From positions 27,773-91,772 of the forward strand of contig JAZQKB010000015.1 of assembly GCA_045541975.1 (NCBI GenBank): a stretch of DNA of 64,000 bases, read 5' to 3'. Positions 36,233-46,025 of this stretch are shown one piece after another (within the stretch, counting starts at the first letter, position 1; the number at the start of each line of letters is the position of its first letter). The notes beneath the pieces are model-generated. The model did not search any database, was not told where the DNA came from, and saw only the letters and a program-made list of their open reading frames with translations. Made by a program: the position numbers and the translations under genes. The stretch is from Clostridia bacterium (GTDB lineage: Bacteria > Bacillota > Clostridia > UMGS1840).

Positions 36233-36259
36233 AAAAAAAGGACTGTATCAAACAATCCT
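36233..36259 (-). terminator. Putative terminator of the dnaK operon, ~180 nt past the dnaJ stop
   Basis: The minus-strand RNA reads AGGAUUG-uuugaua-CAGUCCU followed by UUUUUUU. The 7-bp stem includes one G-U pair. Confidence 0.45.
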
Positions 36260-36442
36260 TTTTCAGTATTTTTATGGTTCATCTTTTCGTTGATCAGGAG
36301 ATAGGAAAAAATTTTCAGAATGAGCAAACTGAGCCAAAGCGCTGCTTTGGGTTACCCGAAGGCGTATGTGCTATACGCCGAGTGGCGAAGTTTGCACAAA
36401 GCAAGATTTTTTCTTGCGGTCTGGAATTTTTTTACATCTCTT

Positions 36443-37585
36443 CTAAGAAAACATATTTTTTAAGGTGTCTAAAAAAGATTTCTTTTTGGAATGGCTGCCT
36501 TCTTCACAGCTTTTTTCAAAATCTTTTAAGATGTCTTTTTGCTTTTGAGAAAGTTTTTTGGGAACTTCTAATTTTGCAATCACATACTGATTGCCTCTGC
36601 CATTGCCCCGAAGATAGGGAATCCCTTTTCCTTTCAGCACGAATTTTGCTTCCGGCTGAGTGCCTTCGGGAACGGTTAATTCAATTTTGCCGTCAACGGT
36701 GGGAACTACCAATTTGGCACCCAATGCCGCTTCCGTAAAGGTGATAGGCAATTCCACATACACGTCAAAGCCTTCTCTGTGGAAGATTTTATCCGGCTGC
36801 ACACGGATTTCTAAGTATAAATCTCCGTTGGGACCGCCACGAAGTCCCGGTTCGCCCTCACCTCTGACGGTTAAGGTCTGACCGTCATCAATCCCCTTTG
36901 GAATATTGATTTCTAAGGTTTTAGTTTTTCTTACATGACCGCTACCGCCACAGTTTGTGCATTTTTCTTTAATAATCTGACCGCTGCCGCCACACTGGGA
37001 ACAGGGGGAAGAAGTTTGCATATTGCCAAAAGGTGTGCGCTGGATTCTGCGAACCTCACCGCTACCGTGACAAGCGGGGCAAGTTTCGGGCTGGGTACCT
37101 TTTTTTGCACCGGTACCGTTACATTCCGGGCAATGATCCTGTTTGGTGACGGTGATTTCCTTTTGCACACCAAAGCAAGCTTCCATAAAGGTGATGGTGA
37201 TACTCTTTTGTAGATCCCGTCCCTTCTGAGGACCGTTTCTGCGGGATCGGGTGCCACCGCCGAATCCGCCAAAACCACCACCGAAAAAGCTATCAAAAAT
37301 ATCGGAAAAGCCGCCAAAGTCGCTATAGGCACCGTAACCTGCACCTGCGCCGCCATTTTCAAAGGCTGCATGGCCAAACTGGTCATACTGCTGACGCTTC
37401 TGGGGGTCAGATAAAATTTCGTAAGCCTCGTTTGCCTCTTTGAATTTGACTTCCGCTTCCTTATTATCGGGGTTTAAGTCGGGATGATATTTCTTGGCAA
37501 CCTGACGGTACGCTTTTTTTAAGTCCGCCTCGCTTGCATCTTTAGAAACTCCCAACACTTCATAATAATCTCGTTTTTGAGCCAT
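36443..37585 (-). CDS. dnaJ: Molecular chaperone DnaJ
   Basis: J-domain '[22 protein letters not shown]', a G/F-rich region and four CxxCxGxG zinc motifs. The likely start is MAQKRDYY at 37585 (GGAGAG RBS). Confidence 0.95.
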   Translation of the reverse strand: MAQKRDYYEVLGVSKDASEADLKKAYRQVAKKYHPDLNPDNKEAEVKFKEANEAYEILSDPQKRQQYDQFGHAAFENGGAGAGYGAYSDFGGFSDIFDSFFGGGFGGFGGGTRSRRNGPQKGRDLQKSITITFMEACFGVQKEITVTKQDHCPECNGTGAKKGTQPETCPACHGSGEVRRIQRTPFGNMQTSSPCSQCGGSGQIIKEKCTNCGGSGHVRKTKTLEINIPKGIDDGQTLTVRGEGEPGLRGGPNGDLYLEIRVQPDKIFHREGFDVYVELPITFTEAALGAKLVVPTVDGKIELTVPEGTQPEAKFVLKGKGIPYLRGNGRGNQYVIAKLEVPKKLSQKQKDILKDFEKSCEEGSHSKKKSFLDTLKNMFS

Positions 37586-37651
37586 ACTTCTCTCCATTTA
37601 CGCAAGATATTTCCGACAGATTGCTCTGCCGGAAATATCTTCTTTGGTATT

Positions 37652-39493
37652 TTACTTATCGTCATCCACAACGGTGTAATCCGCTTCGTAAGCGCCGTCA
37701 TCACCCTGGGATGTGCCGTTTGCCTGTGCACCACCCATATCAGCGCCACCCATGTTTGGGTCGCCCTGAGGATAGAGTTTGGATGCTACCGCATACATTT
37801 TCTGAGTGAGGGCTTCGGTACCTGCTTTGATCGCTTCGGTATCGTCGCCTTTTAAGAGTTCTTTTAATTTATCAATTTCTGCCTGAATGCCGGATTTGTC
37901 TTCTGCACTCAGTTTGTCACCTGCATCGGTTAAGGTTTTTTCGGTCTGATAAACCATAGCGTCTGCCTGGTTTTTCACGTCAACCGCTTCTTTTTTCTTC
38001 TTATCTTCCTGAGCAAACTGTTCTGCTTCTTTCACAGCTTTTTCAATGTCTGCTTCGGATAAGTTGGTGGATGCGGTGATGGTGATTGCCTGTTCTGCAC
38101 CGGTGCCTAAGTCTTTTGCACTAACATGAACAATACCGTTGGCGTCAATATCGAAGGTTACTTCAATCTGGGGAACACCTCTGGGAGCTGCAGGAATACC
38201 GGTCAGCTGGAAGTTACCTAAGGTTTTGTTGCCGGCTGCCATTTCCCTTTCACCCTGCAGAATGTGAATATCCACGGCGGTCTGACCGTCTGCTGCAGTG
38301 GAGAATACCTGGCTCTTCTTGGTAGGAATGGTGGTGTTTCTTTCGATTAACTTGGTGCAAACGCCACCTAAGGTTTCAATCCCTAAGGACAGGGGAGTTA
38401 CATCCAATAACAGTAAGTCTTTTACGTCACCTGCTAACACGCCTGCCTGAATTGCTGCACCGATTGCAACACATTCGTCGGGGTTAATGCCTTTGAAGGG
38501 TTCTTTACCGATGAATTTTTTCACAGCTTCCTGAACGGCAGGGATTCTGGAGGAACCGCCAACTAACAGTACTTTTGCAATGTCGGAGGGAGAAAGTCCC
38601 GCATCAGCCATTGCTTTTCTGGTGGGTTCCATGGTAGCCTGCACCAAATCTTCGGTTAACTGATCAAATTTTGCACGGGTTAAGGTCATATCCAGATGTT
38701 TGGGACCGGTTGCATCCGCGGTGATAAAGGGCAGATTGATGTTTGCACTGGTCATACCGGATAACTCAATTTTCGCCTTTTCTGCAGCTTCTTTTAATCT
38801 CTGCAGTGCCATTTTGTCAGCTCTTAAGTCGATGCCGTTTTCTTTCTGAAATTCGTCTGCTAAATAGTTCATCACTCTATCGTCAAAGTCGTCACCGCCC
38901 AGACGGTTGTTACCGTTGGTTGCCAACACTTCAAACACGCCGTCACCAATTTCTAAGATGGAAACGTCGAAGGTACCGCCGCCTAAGTCATAAATCATAA
39001 TTTTGTGGTCGGTGTCTTTATCCAGACCGTATGCTAAAGATGCTGCGGTGGGTTCGTTGATAATACGAAGTACTTCCAGACCTGCAATTTTACCTGCATC
39101 CTTGGTTGCCTGACGCTGAGAGTCAGAGAAGTATGCGGGAACAGTGATAACTGCCTGGGTAACGGTTTCACCCAGATAGCTTTCTGCATCAGCTTTTAAT
39201 TTCTGCAGAATCATTGCAGAAATTTCCTGAGGAGTGTAGCCCTTGCCGTCAATATCTACTTTTTTGTTGGTACCCATATCTCTTTTGATGGAGCTGATGG
39301 TTTTGTCCGGATTGGTGATTGCCTGTCTTTTTGCAACCTGACCAACCAGTCTTTCACCGGTTTTGGTGAATGCAACAACGGAGGGAGTGGTTCTTGCGCC
39401 TTCTGCGTTAGCGATAACCACCGGTTCGCCACCTTCCATAACTGCTACACAAGAGTTTGTAGTACCTAAGTCAATACCAATAATTTTTGCCAT
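37652..39493 (-). CDS. dnaK: Molecular chaperone DnaK (Hsp70)
   Basis: '[14 protein letters not shown]', '[12 protein letters not shown]' and '[11 protein letters not shown]'. The true start is ATG 39493; the track ORF begins 13 codons upstream. Confidence 0.97.
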   Translation of the reverse strand: MAKIIGIDLGTTNSCVAVMEGGEPVVIANAEGARTTPSVVAFTKTGERLVGQVAKRQAITNPDKTISSIKRDMGTNKKVDIDGKGYTPQEISAMILQKLKADAESYLGETVTQAVITVPAYFSDSQRQATKDAGKIAGLEVLRIINEPTAASLAYGLDKDTDHKIMIYDLGGGTFDVSILEIGDGVFEVLATNGNNRLGGDDFDDRVMNYLADEFQKENGIDLRADKMALQRLKEAAEKAKIELSGMTSANINLPFITADATGPKHLDMTLTRAKFDQLTEDLVQATMEPTRKAMADAGLSPSDIAKVLLVGGSSRIPAVQEAVKKFIGKEPFKGINPDECVAIGAAIQAGVLAGDVKDLLLLDVTPLSLGIETLGGVCTKLIERNTTIPTKKSQVFSTAADGQTAVDIHILQGEREMAAGNKTLGNFQLTGIPAAPRGVPQIEVTFDIDANGIVHVSAKDLGTGAEQAITITASTNLSEADIEKAVKEAEQFAQEDKKKKEAVDVKNQADAMVYQTEKTLTDAGDKLSAEDKSGIQAEIDKLKELLKGDDTEAIKAGTEALTQKMYAVASKLYPQGDPNMGGADMGGAQANGTSQGDDGAYEADYTVVDDDK

Positions 39494-39561
39494 AATAACA
39501 TCTTCCTTTCTATTCTCACTGGTTGTGAACAAAAAATAATAAAATTGTATATATCAAAGCC

Positions 39562-40086
39562 TTACGCTTTTACTTTTACCATACTGTGACGAATCACTTT
39601 GTCGCCTAAGGTGTATCCCTTCTGCAGCACTTCCACCACGGTGTCGGACTCTGCATCGCCGTCTTCACAACGCAACACAGCGTTATGAAGCTCAGGATTA
39701 AAGGGTTCGTTTAAGGCGAGAATTTCGGTGACACCTGCATTTTCTAAAATACTGTGATACTGTTTTACCACAAGTTCAATACCTGCTTTGAAAGCATTGC
39801 CGTCGGTGGCATCCTGAGTTAAGGATAATTCCAGGGTATCCAGGATGGGAAGCAATTTTCCCACGGTGTCTGCAGCAGCGTAAATGTAGCTCAATTCTTT
39901 TTCTTTTTGAGTTCGTTTTTTGTAGTTTTCAAATTCTGCCATCAGGCGAAGGTTTTTATCGGTAAGCTCTGCAATTTGTGCTTCCAGCTTCGCCATAGGG
40001 TTTTCTTCCACGGTTTCTTCCGCGGTTTCTGTGTTTTCTTCTAAAATTTCTTCTTCTGCTTCGGGTTTCGTTTTATCGTTCTTCAT
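39562..40086 (-). CDS. grpE: Nucleotide exchange factor GrpE
   Basis: 174 aa. 'RLMAEFENYKKRTQKE' and the C-terminal 'GYTLGDKVIRHSMVKV' match GrpE. AAGGAG RBS is present. Confidence 0.9.
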   Translation of the reverse strand: MKNDKTKPEAEEEILEENTETAEETVEENPMAKLEAQIAELTDKNLRLMAEFENYKKRTQKEKELSYIYAAADTVGKLLPILDTLELSLTQDATDGNAFKAGIELVVKQYHSILENAGVTEILALNEPFNPELHNAVLRCEDGDAESDTVVEVLQKGYTLGDKVIRHSMVKVKA

Positions 40087-41131
40087 TGGAATCTCCTTCT
40101 GTGTGTTCTAAAATGTCACTCATAAGTCGGGACATTGCTTCCAAGGTGGTGATAACCTTGCCGTAGTTCATTCGTTTGGGTCCGATTACTGCAATGGCAC
40201 CGTTTCGTCCGCCATATGCTTTGTAGGTGGAAACCACCATACTTAAGTCCTTGTTTTTTAAGATGGGGCTTTCGTCACCGATTACAACGGTGATACCGTT
40301 TTTGTTGTCAGCTGCGGCGGTGTTGATTAAGGAGGTAATCTGTTCCTTATCTTCTACCAAATCCAAAAAACCAAGCACTTTATCCATGCTGGAAAATTCA
40401 GGTGCTTTTAAGGTTTCGGATTTTCCGCTGAAATAATATTCTCCGGCACCACTTTGGGCTAAGGTATCGGTTACAAATTCTAAAATAATGCCCAAAAGCT
40501 CAAAGTTATCATTAAACCGTCTTTTTAAGCGTTCCACCTTGTCGGAAGTAATCATTTCCAAGGTGCAGCCGGATAATTCCTCGTTTAAAATCTGTTTTAA
40601 ATACAACACGGAATTTTCATCAATATGGGTTAAGATACGAACCTGCCGCTTCTTTATCATACCCGTGTTGGTCACTAGAATAAACATTAAATAATGTTCC
40701 GATGCCTTCACAATTTCAAAATGGCTAATGGCACCCGGATTCATACGGGGAGCACCCGTCACGGCGGTTAAGCCTGTGGAATCGGAAATGGTTTTTGCGG
40801 AAAAATCCAAAAACCGGTTTAGTTCTGAAAGATTCGCTTCCATTTTCTGTTTGATAAATTCCATTTCCATACTGGTGGCACGAATATTTTCAATTAAACT
40901 GTCCACATACAGTCGATAAGCCAAATTGGAGGGGATTCTGCCTGCCGAGGTGTGAGGCTGAGCAAGATAGCCCATTTCCTCTAAGTCCGACATTTCGTTT
41001 CGGATAGTGGCGGAGGAAAGCCCGATATCGCACTTTTTGGCAATCGTACGGGAGCCAACCGGTTCCGCAGTTTCAATATAATCTTCAATCAGCGCTTTTA
41101 AAATCGCAATTTTTCTGCCGTCCAGATCCAT
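40073..41131 (-). CDS. hrcA: Heat-inducible transcription repressor HrcA
   Basis: 352 aa. 'RKIAILKALIEDYIETAEPVGSRTIAK' is the HrcA winged helix. Gene order is hrcA-grpE-dnaK-dnaJ. Confidence 0.9.
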   Translation of the reverse strand: MDLDGRKIAILKALIEDYIETAEPVGSRTIAKKCDIGLSSATIRNEMSDLEEMGYLAQPHTSAGRIPSNLAYRLYVDSLIENIRATSMEMEFIKQKMEANLSELNRFLDFSAKTISDSTGLTAVTGAPRMNPGAISHFEIVKASEHYLMFILVTNTGMIKKRQVRILTHIDENSVLYLKQILNEELSGCTLEMITSDKVERLKRRFNDNFELLGIILEFVTDTLAQSGAGEYYFSGKSETLKAPEFSSMDKVLGFLDLVEDKEQITSLINTAAADNKNGITVVIGDESPILKNKDLSMVVSTYKAYGGRNGAIAVIGPKRMNYGKVITTLEAMSRLMSDILEHTEGDSNEER

Positions 41132-41197
41132 TGATTAGCACCTCTCTTTCTTTGGTGTGGTCTATCAATCACTGTGTTTTCAAGCATTTTTTCATTG

Positions 41198-41260
41198 TTA
41201 GCACTCTTTTGGTTCGAGTGCTAACAACTATAAGATAGCAGACTTTTCCCCATTTGTCAA
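41198..41260 (-). promoter_or_regulatory. Perfect CIRCE operator plus sigma-A promoter of the hrcA operon
   Basis: TTAGCACTC-n9-GAGTGCTAA lies at 41198..41224. On the minus strand: TTGACA (41260..41255), 17 nt, then TGcTATCTT (extended -10, 41240..41232). The promoter sits immediately upstream of CIRCE. Confidence 0.9.
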
Positions 41261-41518
41261 GTGTTTTTTTAAATTTTTTTGGGAATTTTCAAAAAGAGCG
41301 TTTTTTGTATCAAAAAAGGTGTCGAAAAACAGATTTTCGACACCTTAAATAAAATAGAAAGAAAGTATTTATTTTTTGACACAGTCTTTTTAAAAAATTC
41401 CACAACTGCGGTTTTGATGTCAAAAAAACAGTTTTTAAAAATTTCTTTTCGTCATTTTCTTGCAATTTTCTACAGATTCCCGTATGGTAAAGGCAAGATT
41501 TAAAAAAGGAGAATCCCT

Positions 41519-41917
41519 ATGAATCAGCCGTTTTCATGTAATTTCCAGTCCGTTCCTTTCAACGAAGTATTTCCCTACATTCCGCCGAAAACAGAACGAA
41601 TGTATGACCGTTTCCTTTCGGCACTTTGTTTTTCGCCCTCCTTAAAAGGATATCCCTACATTAAGCAGGCTCTTTATTACGAGCAAAGAAACCGACATCT
41701 GCTTCCATCACTTACCAAAGATATTTACGAAGAAATTTCACGCCTCTATCAAACGGAAATTGCTGCTGTGGAGCGTTGCATTACTTTCTCGGTGCAACGG
41801 GCATACAAGCAAAATCCCCAAAAGTTTCGTCTGCTGTTTCCCAATTGCCAAAAGGCACCATCCAATTTTCGCTTTATCAAAACCGTGGCACTGCATTTGT
41901 TAACAGAAGAACTCTAG
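41519..41917 (+). CDS. Stand-alone Spo0A C-terminal (DNA-binding) domain-like protein
   Basis: 132 aa; AAGGAG lies 8 nt upstream. 'LKGYPYIKQAL..LTKDIYEEISRLYQTEIAAVERCITFSVQRAY..LF..KAPSNFRFIKTVALHL' parallels the Spo0A_C pattern (KGY.Y...AI..tKelYp.IA..y.tt...VERaIRhaIe.aw...lF..kPtNsEFIa..a..l). No receiver domain is present. Confidence 0.6.
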   Translation: MNQPFSCNFQSVPFNEVFPYIPPKTERMYDRFLSALCFSPSLKGYPYIKQALYYEQRNRHLLPSLTKDIYEEISRLYQTEIAAVERCITFSVQRAYKQNPQKFRLLFPNCQKAPSNFRFIKTVALHLLTEEL

Positions 41918-41933
41918 CAAAATCAAAGACAAC

Positions 41934-41968
41934 AAAAAAAGGTACCGGCAAATGCCGATACCTTTTTT
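41934..41968. terminator. Bidirectional terminator between the Spo0A_C-like gene and hup
   Basis: aaaaaaaGGTACCGGCA-aa-TGCCGATACCtttttt. There is one C.A mismatch on plus, which is a G-U pair on the minus-strand RNA. Confidence 0.7.
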
Positions 41969-41984
41969 ATGATCAAAAAATTTC

Positions 41985-42254
41985 TTATTTGATAGCGTCT
42001 TTGAAAGCTTTACCAGCTTTGAAAACAGGAGCTTTAGAAGCAGGAATTTTGATTTCTTCTTTGGTACGGGGATTTCTACCGGTTCTTGCAGCTCTTTCTT
42101 TCACTTCAAAAGTACCGAAGCCCATGATAGCTACTTTATCTCCTTTTTTTAATGCGCCGGTGATTGCATCGATGGTTGCTGCTAATGCTTTTTCAGCTTC
42201 GGTTTTTTTGAAACCAGCTGCTGCGATTGCTGCAACTAATTCAGCTTTGTTCAT
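41985..42254 (-). CDS. hup: DNA-binding protein HU
   Basis: The 89-aa protein starts [11 protein letters not shown].. at ATG 42254 (GGAGGAA RBS). The HU signature is '[44 protein letters not shown]'. Confidence 0.95.
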   Translation of the reverse strand: MNKAELVAAIAAAGFKKTEAEKALAATIDAITGALKKGDKVAIMGFGTFEVKERAARTGRNPRTKEEIKIPASKAPVFKAGKAFKDAIK

Positions 42255-42306
42255 TTCGATTTCCTCCATAATAAATTTATTGTTTAAAAAAAATTTTTTT
42301 CTGTTT

Positions 42307-42984
42307 TTACGGTTCAAATCTTGCAATGTACTTTTCGTTCTGGCGATACATGGCAGTTTCCAAATCCACCTTCTTGGCAACGAACATTTCCACCAAAGTG
42401 GTCATCATTTCGCAAAGAGACTCTTCCAGCACAGAACCGTCTTGGTCTCTTACATTATCCAACATTTTCTCCAGTTTGTCAATATTTTTTGAGAAAATAA
42501 TTTCATTTTTGTGCATTTTTTTGGATTTTTCCGCCAAAATAGACGCTCTTTGCACCGAAGGAAGATATTTTGCGGTGCTTTTTAAGGAATATTCCTCTTT
42601 CTTTTCACCCTTCTTAATTTCTTCCCAACGAGTTAAAATTCCCGAAACAGACTGATCTTGCACCTCACCGAACACATGGGGATGCCGACGAATCATTTTC
42701 TTGGAAATGGTGTCAATCACGTCTTCCACGGTAAAAGTGCCCTCTTCTTTTCCAATCTGGGCATTTAACACAATCTGCAAAAGTACGTCTCCCAGCTCGT
42801 CACACATTTTGGCTTTATTCCCTTCGTGGAGAGCATCAATGTATTCGTAACTTTCTTCAATCAGATTTTTCTTTAAACTGTCGTAAGTTTGTTCCCGATC
42901 CCAGGAGCAACCGCCGGGACTTCTTAAAATGGCAATGATTTCACAGAAATCGGAAAAACTGTATCGTTCTTTATTGGTATCCAT
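42307..42984 (-). CDS. mazG: MazG-family nucleoside triphosphate pyrophosphohydrolase
   Basis: 225 aa. '[20 protein letters not shown]' and '[11 protein letters not shown]' are MazG motifs. Confidence 0.85.
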   Translation of the reverse strand: MDTNKERYSFSDFCEIIAILRSPGGCSWDREQTYDSLKKNLIEESYEYIDALHEGNKAKMCDELGDVLLQIVLNAQIGKEEGTFTVEDVIDTISKKMIRRHPHVFGEVQDQSVSGILTRWEEIKKGEKKEEYSLKSTAKYLPSVQRASILAEKSKKMHKNEIIFSKNIDKLEKMLDNVRDQDGSVLEESLCEMMTTLVEMFVAKKVDLETAMYRQNEKYIARFEP

Positions 42985-42997
42985 AATTCTTCTCCGT

Positions 42998-44437
42998 TTA
43001 ATTTACGTAGTTAGACGGGTTCTTGGCAACCCCGTTTTTTCGCACCTCAAAATGCAAATGCGGGCCGGTGGAATTTCCGGTATTCCCAATCGCTCCGATG
43101 GTGTCTCCTTTCGCAACCTTTTGACCGGAACGAACCGAAATACTGCTCATATGGCCGTACCATGTTTCCAGACCGTTGCCGTGACTGATTTTCACCATTT
43201 TGCCGTAAGAGCCGTTCCAGCCTGCGAAAATAACGGTTCCGCCGTCTGATGCACGGATGGGATCACCTGTTCTGCCGGCATAGTCAATCCCCGTATGAGA
43301 AGACGCCCAACGGGAACCTCGGGAACCGAATCTTGCGGTAATGGTGCCGTAATAAGGACGCATAAACACGCCGGTGGGTGCCGTTTTCGGCTTCTCCTTG
43401 GTACCAACCGCCACCACTTCTGTGGTAGGGTTGGATAAAATTGTTTCAGAAAGAACCTTCCGGTCAGTCACAGAATGATTCACACGGGTCACTTCATACA
43501 CCACATCCTTCTGACCGCTGATACCCTCTACCAGAACCCTGCGGGTACCCTGATATAAGGAGCTGTCTTTCTGCTCAGTCACAGGATAGGGAATCCGTTC
43601 CCGGATGGTAATCACTTCCACTGCCTCCACCGCAATCAACGGCTGGGGTGCCATCACCTTAATCGTTTCGCCCTGACGGAGTCTTTCCGGCACAATGCCG
43701 GGATTGGCATCCATTAGCTCCTGCGTGCCAATGCCGTAATCCAAGGCAATGGAAGAGAAGGTTTCTCCAGCTTCCACCTTGTGAGTTAAACGGGCATCCT
43801 GAGTGCCTTGCAAAATGCCCAGTGCATCCTCTTTGGACACAATCATATCGGGTGCAACACGGCACTGGGAAACCTCCACCGCATTGGCAAAATGTGTTTC
43901 ATTATTTTCGTTTTTAAACTGAGCTTCAATTTCTTCTAAAGCTTCGTAACCGTCTGTTTCAGAGGAAAGTGCGGTTACCACTTTACCGTCCACCACAATC
44001 CCGTAGGCAGAGGTTAACCCGTCAAAAGCGGTGGTAATTTTGTTTTTGACCAGTTCCTCACTCTGCACCAAATCCCGGCTGACAGGAACCAGATGGAAGG
44101 ATGCATTACTGAATTTATAATCCATGCCCTTTACGGCAACTATTTCGTCATACGCGGTGAACACAGCATTTCTCGCCATTTCCTGAGAGCTGACCACCCC
44201 AAAACTTCTTCCGTTAACCACAACCTGATACCCAAAATCAAGCCGTACATTACAGCAGAGCGCCACAAAGATAACAAGATATAGAAAAAAGGAATACCGA
44301 AGCATTACCTTTTCGCCAAACTGCTCCGCTTTTTCTTGGAGTGAATCCCACATCCTGCTGAAAGAATCCGTCCAAACAGCTTCTTCTCGCTCTGTTGCAG
44401 TCTTTTGGAAGGGAACTTTGAATTTTTTCGCCACCAA
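42998..44437 (-). CDS. M23 family metallopeptidase with LysM and G5-like domains
   Basis: 479 aa with a TTG start and an N-terminal TM anchor. LysM: 'HKVEAGETFSSIALDYGIGTQELMDANPG'. G5-like: 'RVLVEGISGQKDVVYEV'. M23: 'HTGIDYAG..' and 'GNTGNSTGPHLHFEV'. Confidence 0.85.
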   Translation of the reverse strand: MVAKKFKVPFQKTATEREEAVWTDSFSRMWDSLQEKAEQFGEKVMLRYSFFLYLVIFVALCCNVRLDFGYQVVVNGRSFGVVSSQEMARNAVFTAYDEIVAVKGMDYKFSNASFHLVPVSRDLVQSEELVKNKITTAFDGLTSAYGIVVDGKVVTALSSETDGYEALEEIEAQFKNENNETHFANAVEVSQCRVAPDMIVSKEDALGILQGTQDARLTHKVEAGETFSSIALDYGIGTQELMDANPGIVPERLRQGETIKVMAPQPLIAVEAVEVITIRERIPYPVTEQKDSSLYQGTRRVLVEGISGQKDVVYEVTRVNHSVTDRKVLSETILSNPTTEVVAVGTKEKPKTAPTGVFMRPYYGTITARFGSRGSRWASSHTGIDYAGRTGDPIRASDGGTVIFAGWNGSYGKMVKISHGNGLETWYGHMSSISVRSGQKVAKGDTIGAIGNTGNSTGPHLHFEVRKNGVAKNPSNYVN

Positions 44438-44627
44438 ATCATCCTTTCTGTTTTTTGATTCAACAAAAAAGGTACTGTTTATTAAACATTACAAATTTTA
44501 TTATACCACATTCTCCCAAAAAAATCAAGTCTTTCGTTTTTTACGGCTGTTTTGGACTTCTTCGGTATATTTTTTGGCAGGATGCATAGAGTAAATCAAA
44601 CACCGAGGAAAGAAAGGAGGCCTTCTT

Positions 44628-45320
44628 GTGATTACAATTCTCTGTGGACATTCTCCCCGCACCGGACACCCGTTATACAGCATCCGCCCATACAAGATTA
44701 CGGAAGATACAATCGGAGAAGAACCAGTCCGGATGTATTTTGTATCCCGTTTTTATCAACCGTTTTTGTCAAATATCATCAAACATCTTCAAAAACAACA
44801 CCCAACCTTGCTGTTTTCCAAGGAACTGAATCAGCAGGAAGAATCGCCGTCGCCTCTGTTTTACCAGAGAATCCGGCAGATTCTTCCCCTGATACCCGCA
44901 AAAAAAAGAGTGGCGGTGCTATGTGAGCAGGAAGATGCCCGCTTGCCGGTGCTGATCAAAGCAATCAGTCCTTTTGCCCATGCCGTCAGCCTGGTCAGTG
45001 AAAACACGGCATATTTTGAAATAATCTCCGAAGAAGCACTCTCTGACTCCGGATTAAGCATCAACCGAAGAAGCCTTCCAGAACTGGGAACCGTCGACCT
45101 GACACTATTGCTTTCAGGTGTCTTTGACCTTAGCTACTTACATGCCGGATACCTGATTAATCTGTCCCCGCAGAAGGTTACAGCATCGGTACCAAGTCTT
45201 GTAGCAATTTCTAATCCACAGATTGATAGCTTTCTCCGGCAATATCCCTATCTTAAGCTGAACCCCACACTTCTGATTTCCCCAGATGCTCCGATTACAA
45301 ATTTAATTTGGAAAAATTAA
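44628..45320 (+). CDS. Hypothetical protein (no recognisable motif)
   Basis: 230 aa with a GTG start. AAGGAGG lies 7 nt upstream (44614..44620). Confidence 0.5.
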   Translation: MITILCGHSPRTGHPLYSIRPYKITEDTIGEEPVRMYFVSRFYQPFLSNIIKHLQKQHPTLLFSKELNQQEESPSPLFYQRIRQILPLIPAKKRVAVLCEQEDARLPVLIKAISPFAHAVSLVSENTAYFEIISEEALSDSGLSINRRSLPELGTVDLTLLLSGVFDLSYLHAGYLINLSPQKVTASVPSLVAISNPQIDSFLRQYPYLKLNPTLLISPDAPITNLIWKN

Positions 45321-45328
45321 AAAAAAAG

Positions 45329-45356
45329 TTGACAAATCGAAAAAAATGTATATAAT
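45329..45356 (+). promoter_or_regulatory. Sigma-A promoter upstream of greA
   Basis: TTGACA (45329..45334), a 16-nt spacer, then TATAAT (45351..45356). Confidence 0.6.
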
Positions 45357-45449
45357 AGTATGTGCTATGTTATCTTGCCTTTTTATGGTTTCGGGAAGGC
45401 GTCTCGCAAAAACCACCGAAACGAATTTATAAGTAGAGGATGATATCGA

Positions 45450-45926
45450 ATGGAAAAAGCAACGATTTTAACCAGCGAAGGCTTAAAAAAATATGAAAAT
45501 GAGCTGGTTTATCTCAAAGACACTAAGCGTATCGAAGTTGCAGAAAAAATCAAGGAAGCGCGTTCCTTTGGCGATTTATCGGAAAATGCGGAATACGATG
45601 CCGCAAAAAAAGAACAGGCAGAATTAGAAGAAAGAATCGCAAAAATCGAAAATATGCTAAAAAATGTTACCGTGGTGGAAGATGACGAAATCTCTACCGA
45701 CACGGTCACCATCGGCTCCAAAGTAAAGGTGCTGGATGTGGAAGAAAAAGAAGAACTGGTGCTGCAGATTGTAGGCTCCAACGAAGCAGACCCGTTTAAC
45801 GACAAAATTTCTAACGAATCCCCTGTGGGTGCAGGTCTTTTAGGCAAGAAAAAAGGCAAAACCGTGACCATTACCACTCCCACCGGTTTCCAGATGAAAT
45901 ACAAAATCTTAGACATTTCTAAATAA
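45450..45926 (+). CDS. greA: Transcription elongation factor GreA
   Basis: 158 aa. 'LTSEGLKKYENELVYLK..R.EVAEKIKEARSFGDLSENAEYDAAKKEQ' is canonical GreA. Confidence 0.95.
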   Translation: MEKATILTSEGLKKYENELVYLKDTKRIEVAEKIKEARSFGDLSENAEYDAAKKEQAELEERIAKIENMLKNVTVVEDDEISTDTVTIGSKVKVLDVEEKEELVLQIVGSNEADPFNDKISNESPVGAGLLGKKKGKTVTITTPTGFQMKYKILDISK

Positions 45927-46025
45927 GTCAAATAAGACACAAAGAGCCGTGCAAGCCGTTTCCCAAAAAGAGATTGCTTGCACCTCATTTTTTCTAACGA
46001 TTCCAAAGAGAAAGGAAGAATCCCC

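Noticed and set aside
36931-37386. 151-aa alternative-frame ORF within dnaJ
   Set aside because: It is in an out-of-frame overlap with the Gly/Cys-rich part of dnaJ, and the repetitive composition explains the open frame.
41134-41160. Second CIRCE-like half-site (TTAGCACCTC) next to the hrcA start codon
   Set aside because: Only one arm resembles CIRCE, and the partner arm (GGTGTGGTC) does not complement it. The sequence overlaps the likely RBS region.
45927-46025. T-box or other leader regulating lysS
   Set aside because: The greA-lysS gap is only ~100 nt, far too short for a T-box. It holds just one weak hairpin (GTGCAAGC..GCTTGCAC plus a T-run), which may be a leaky greA terminator.
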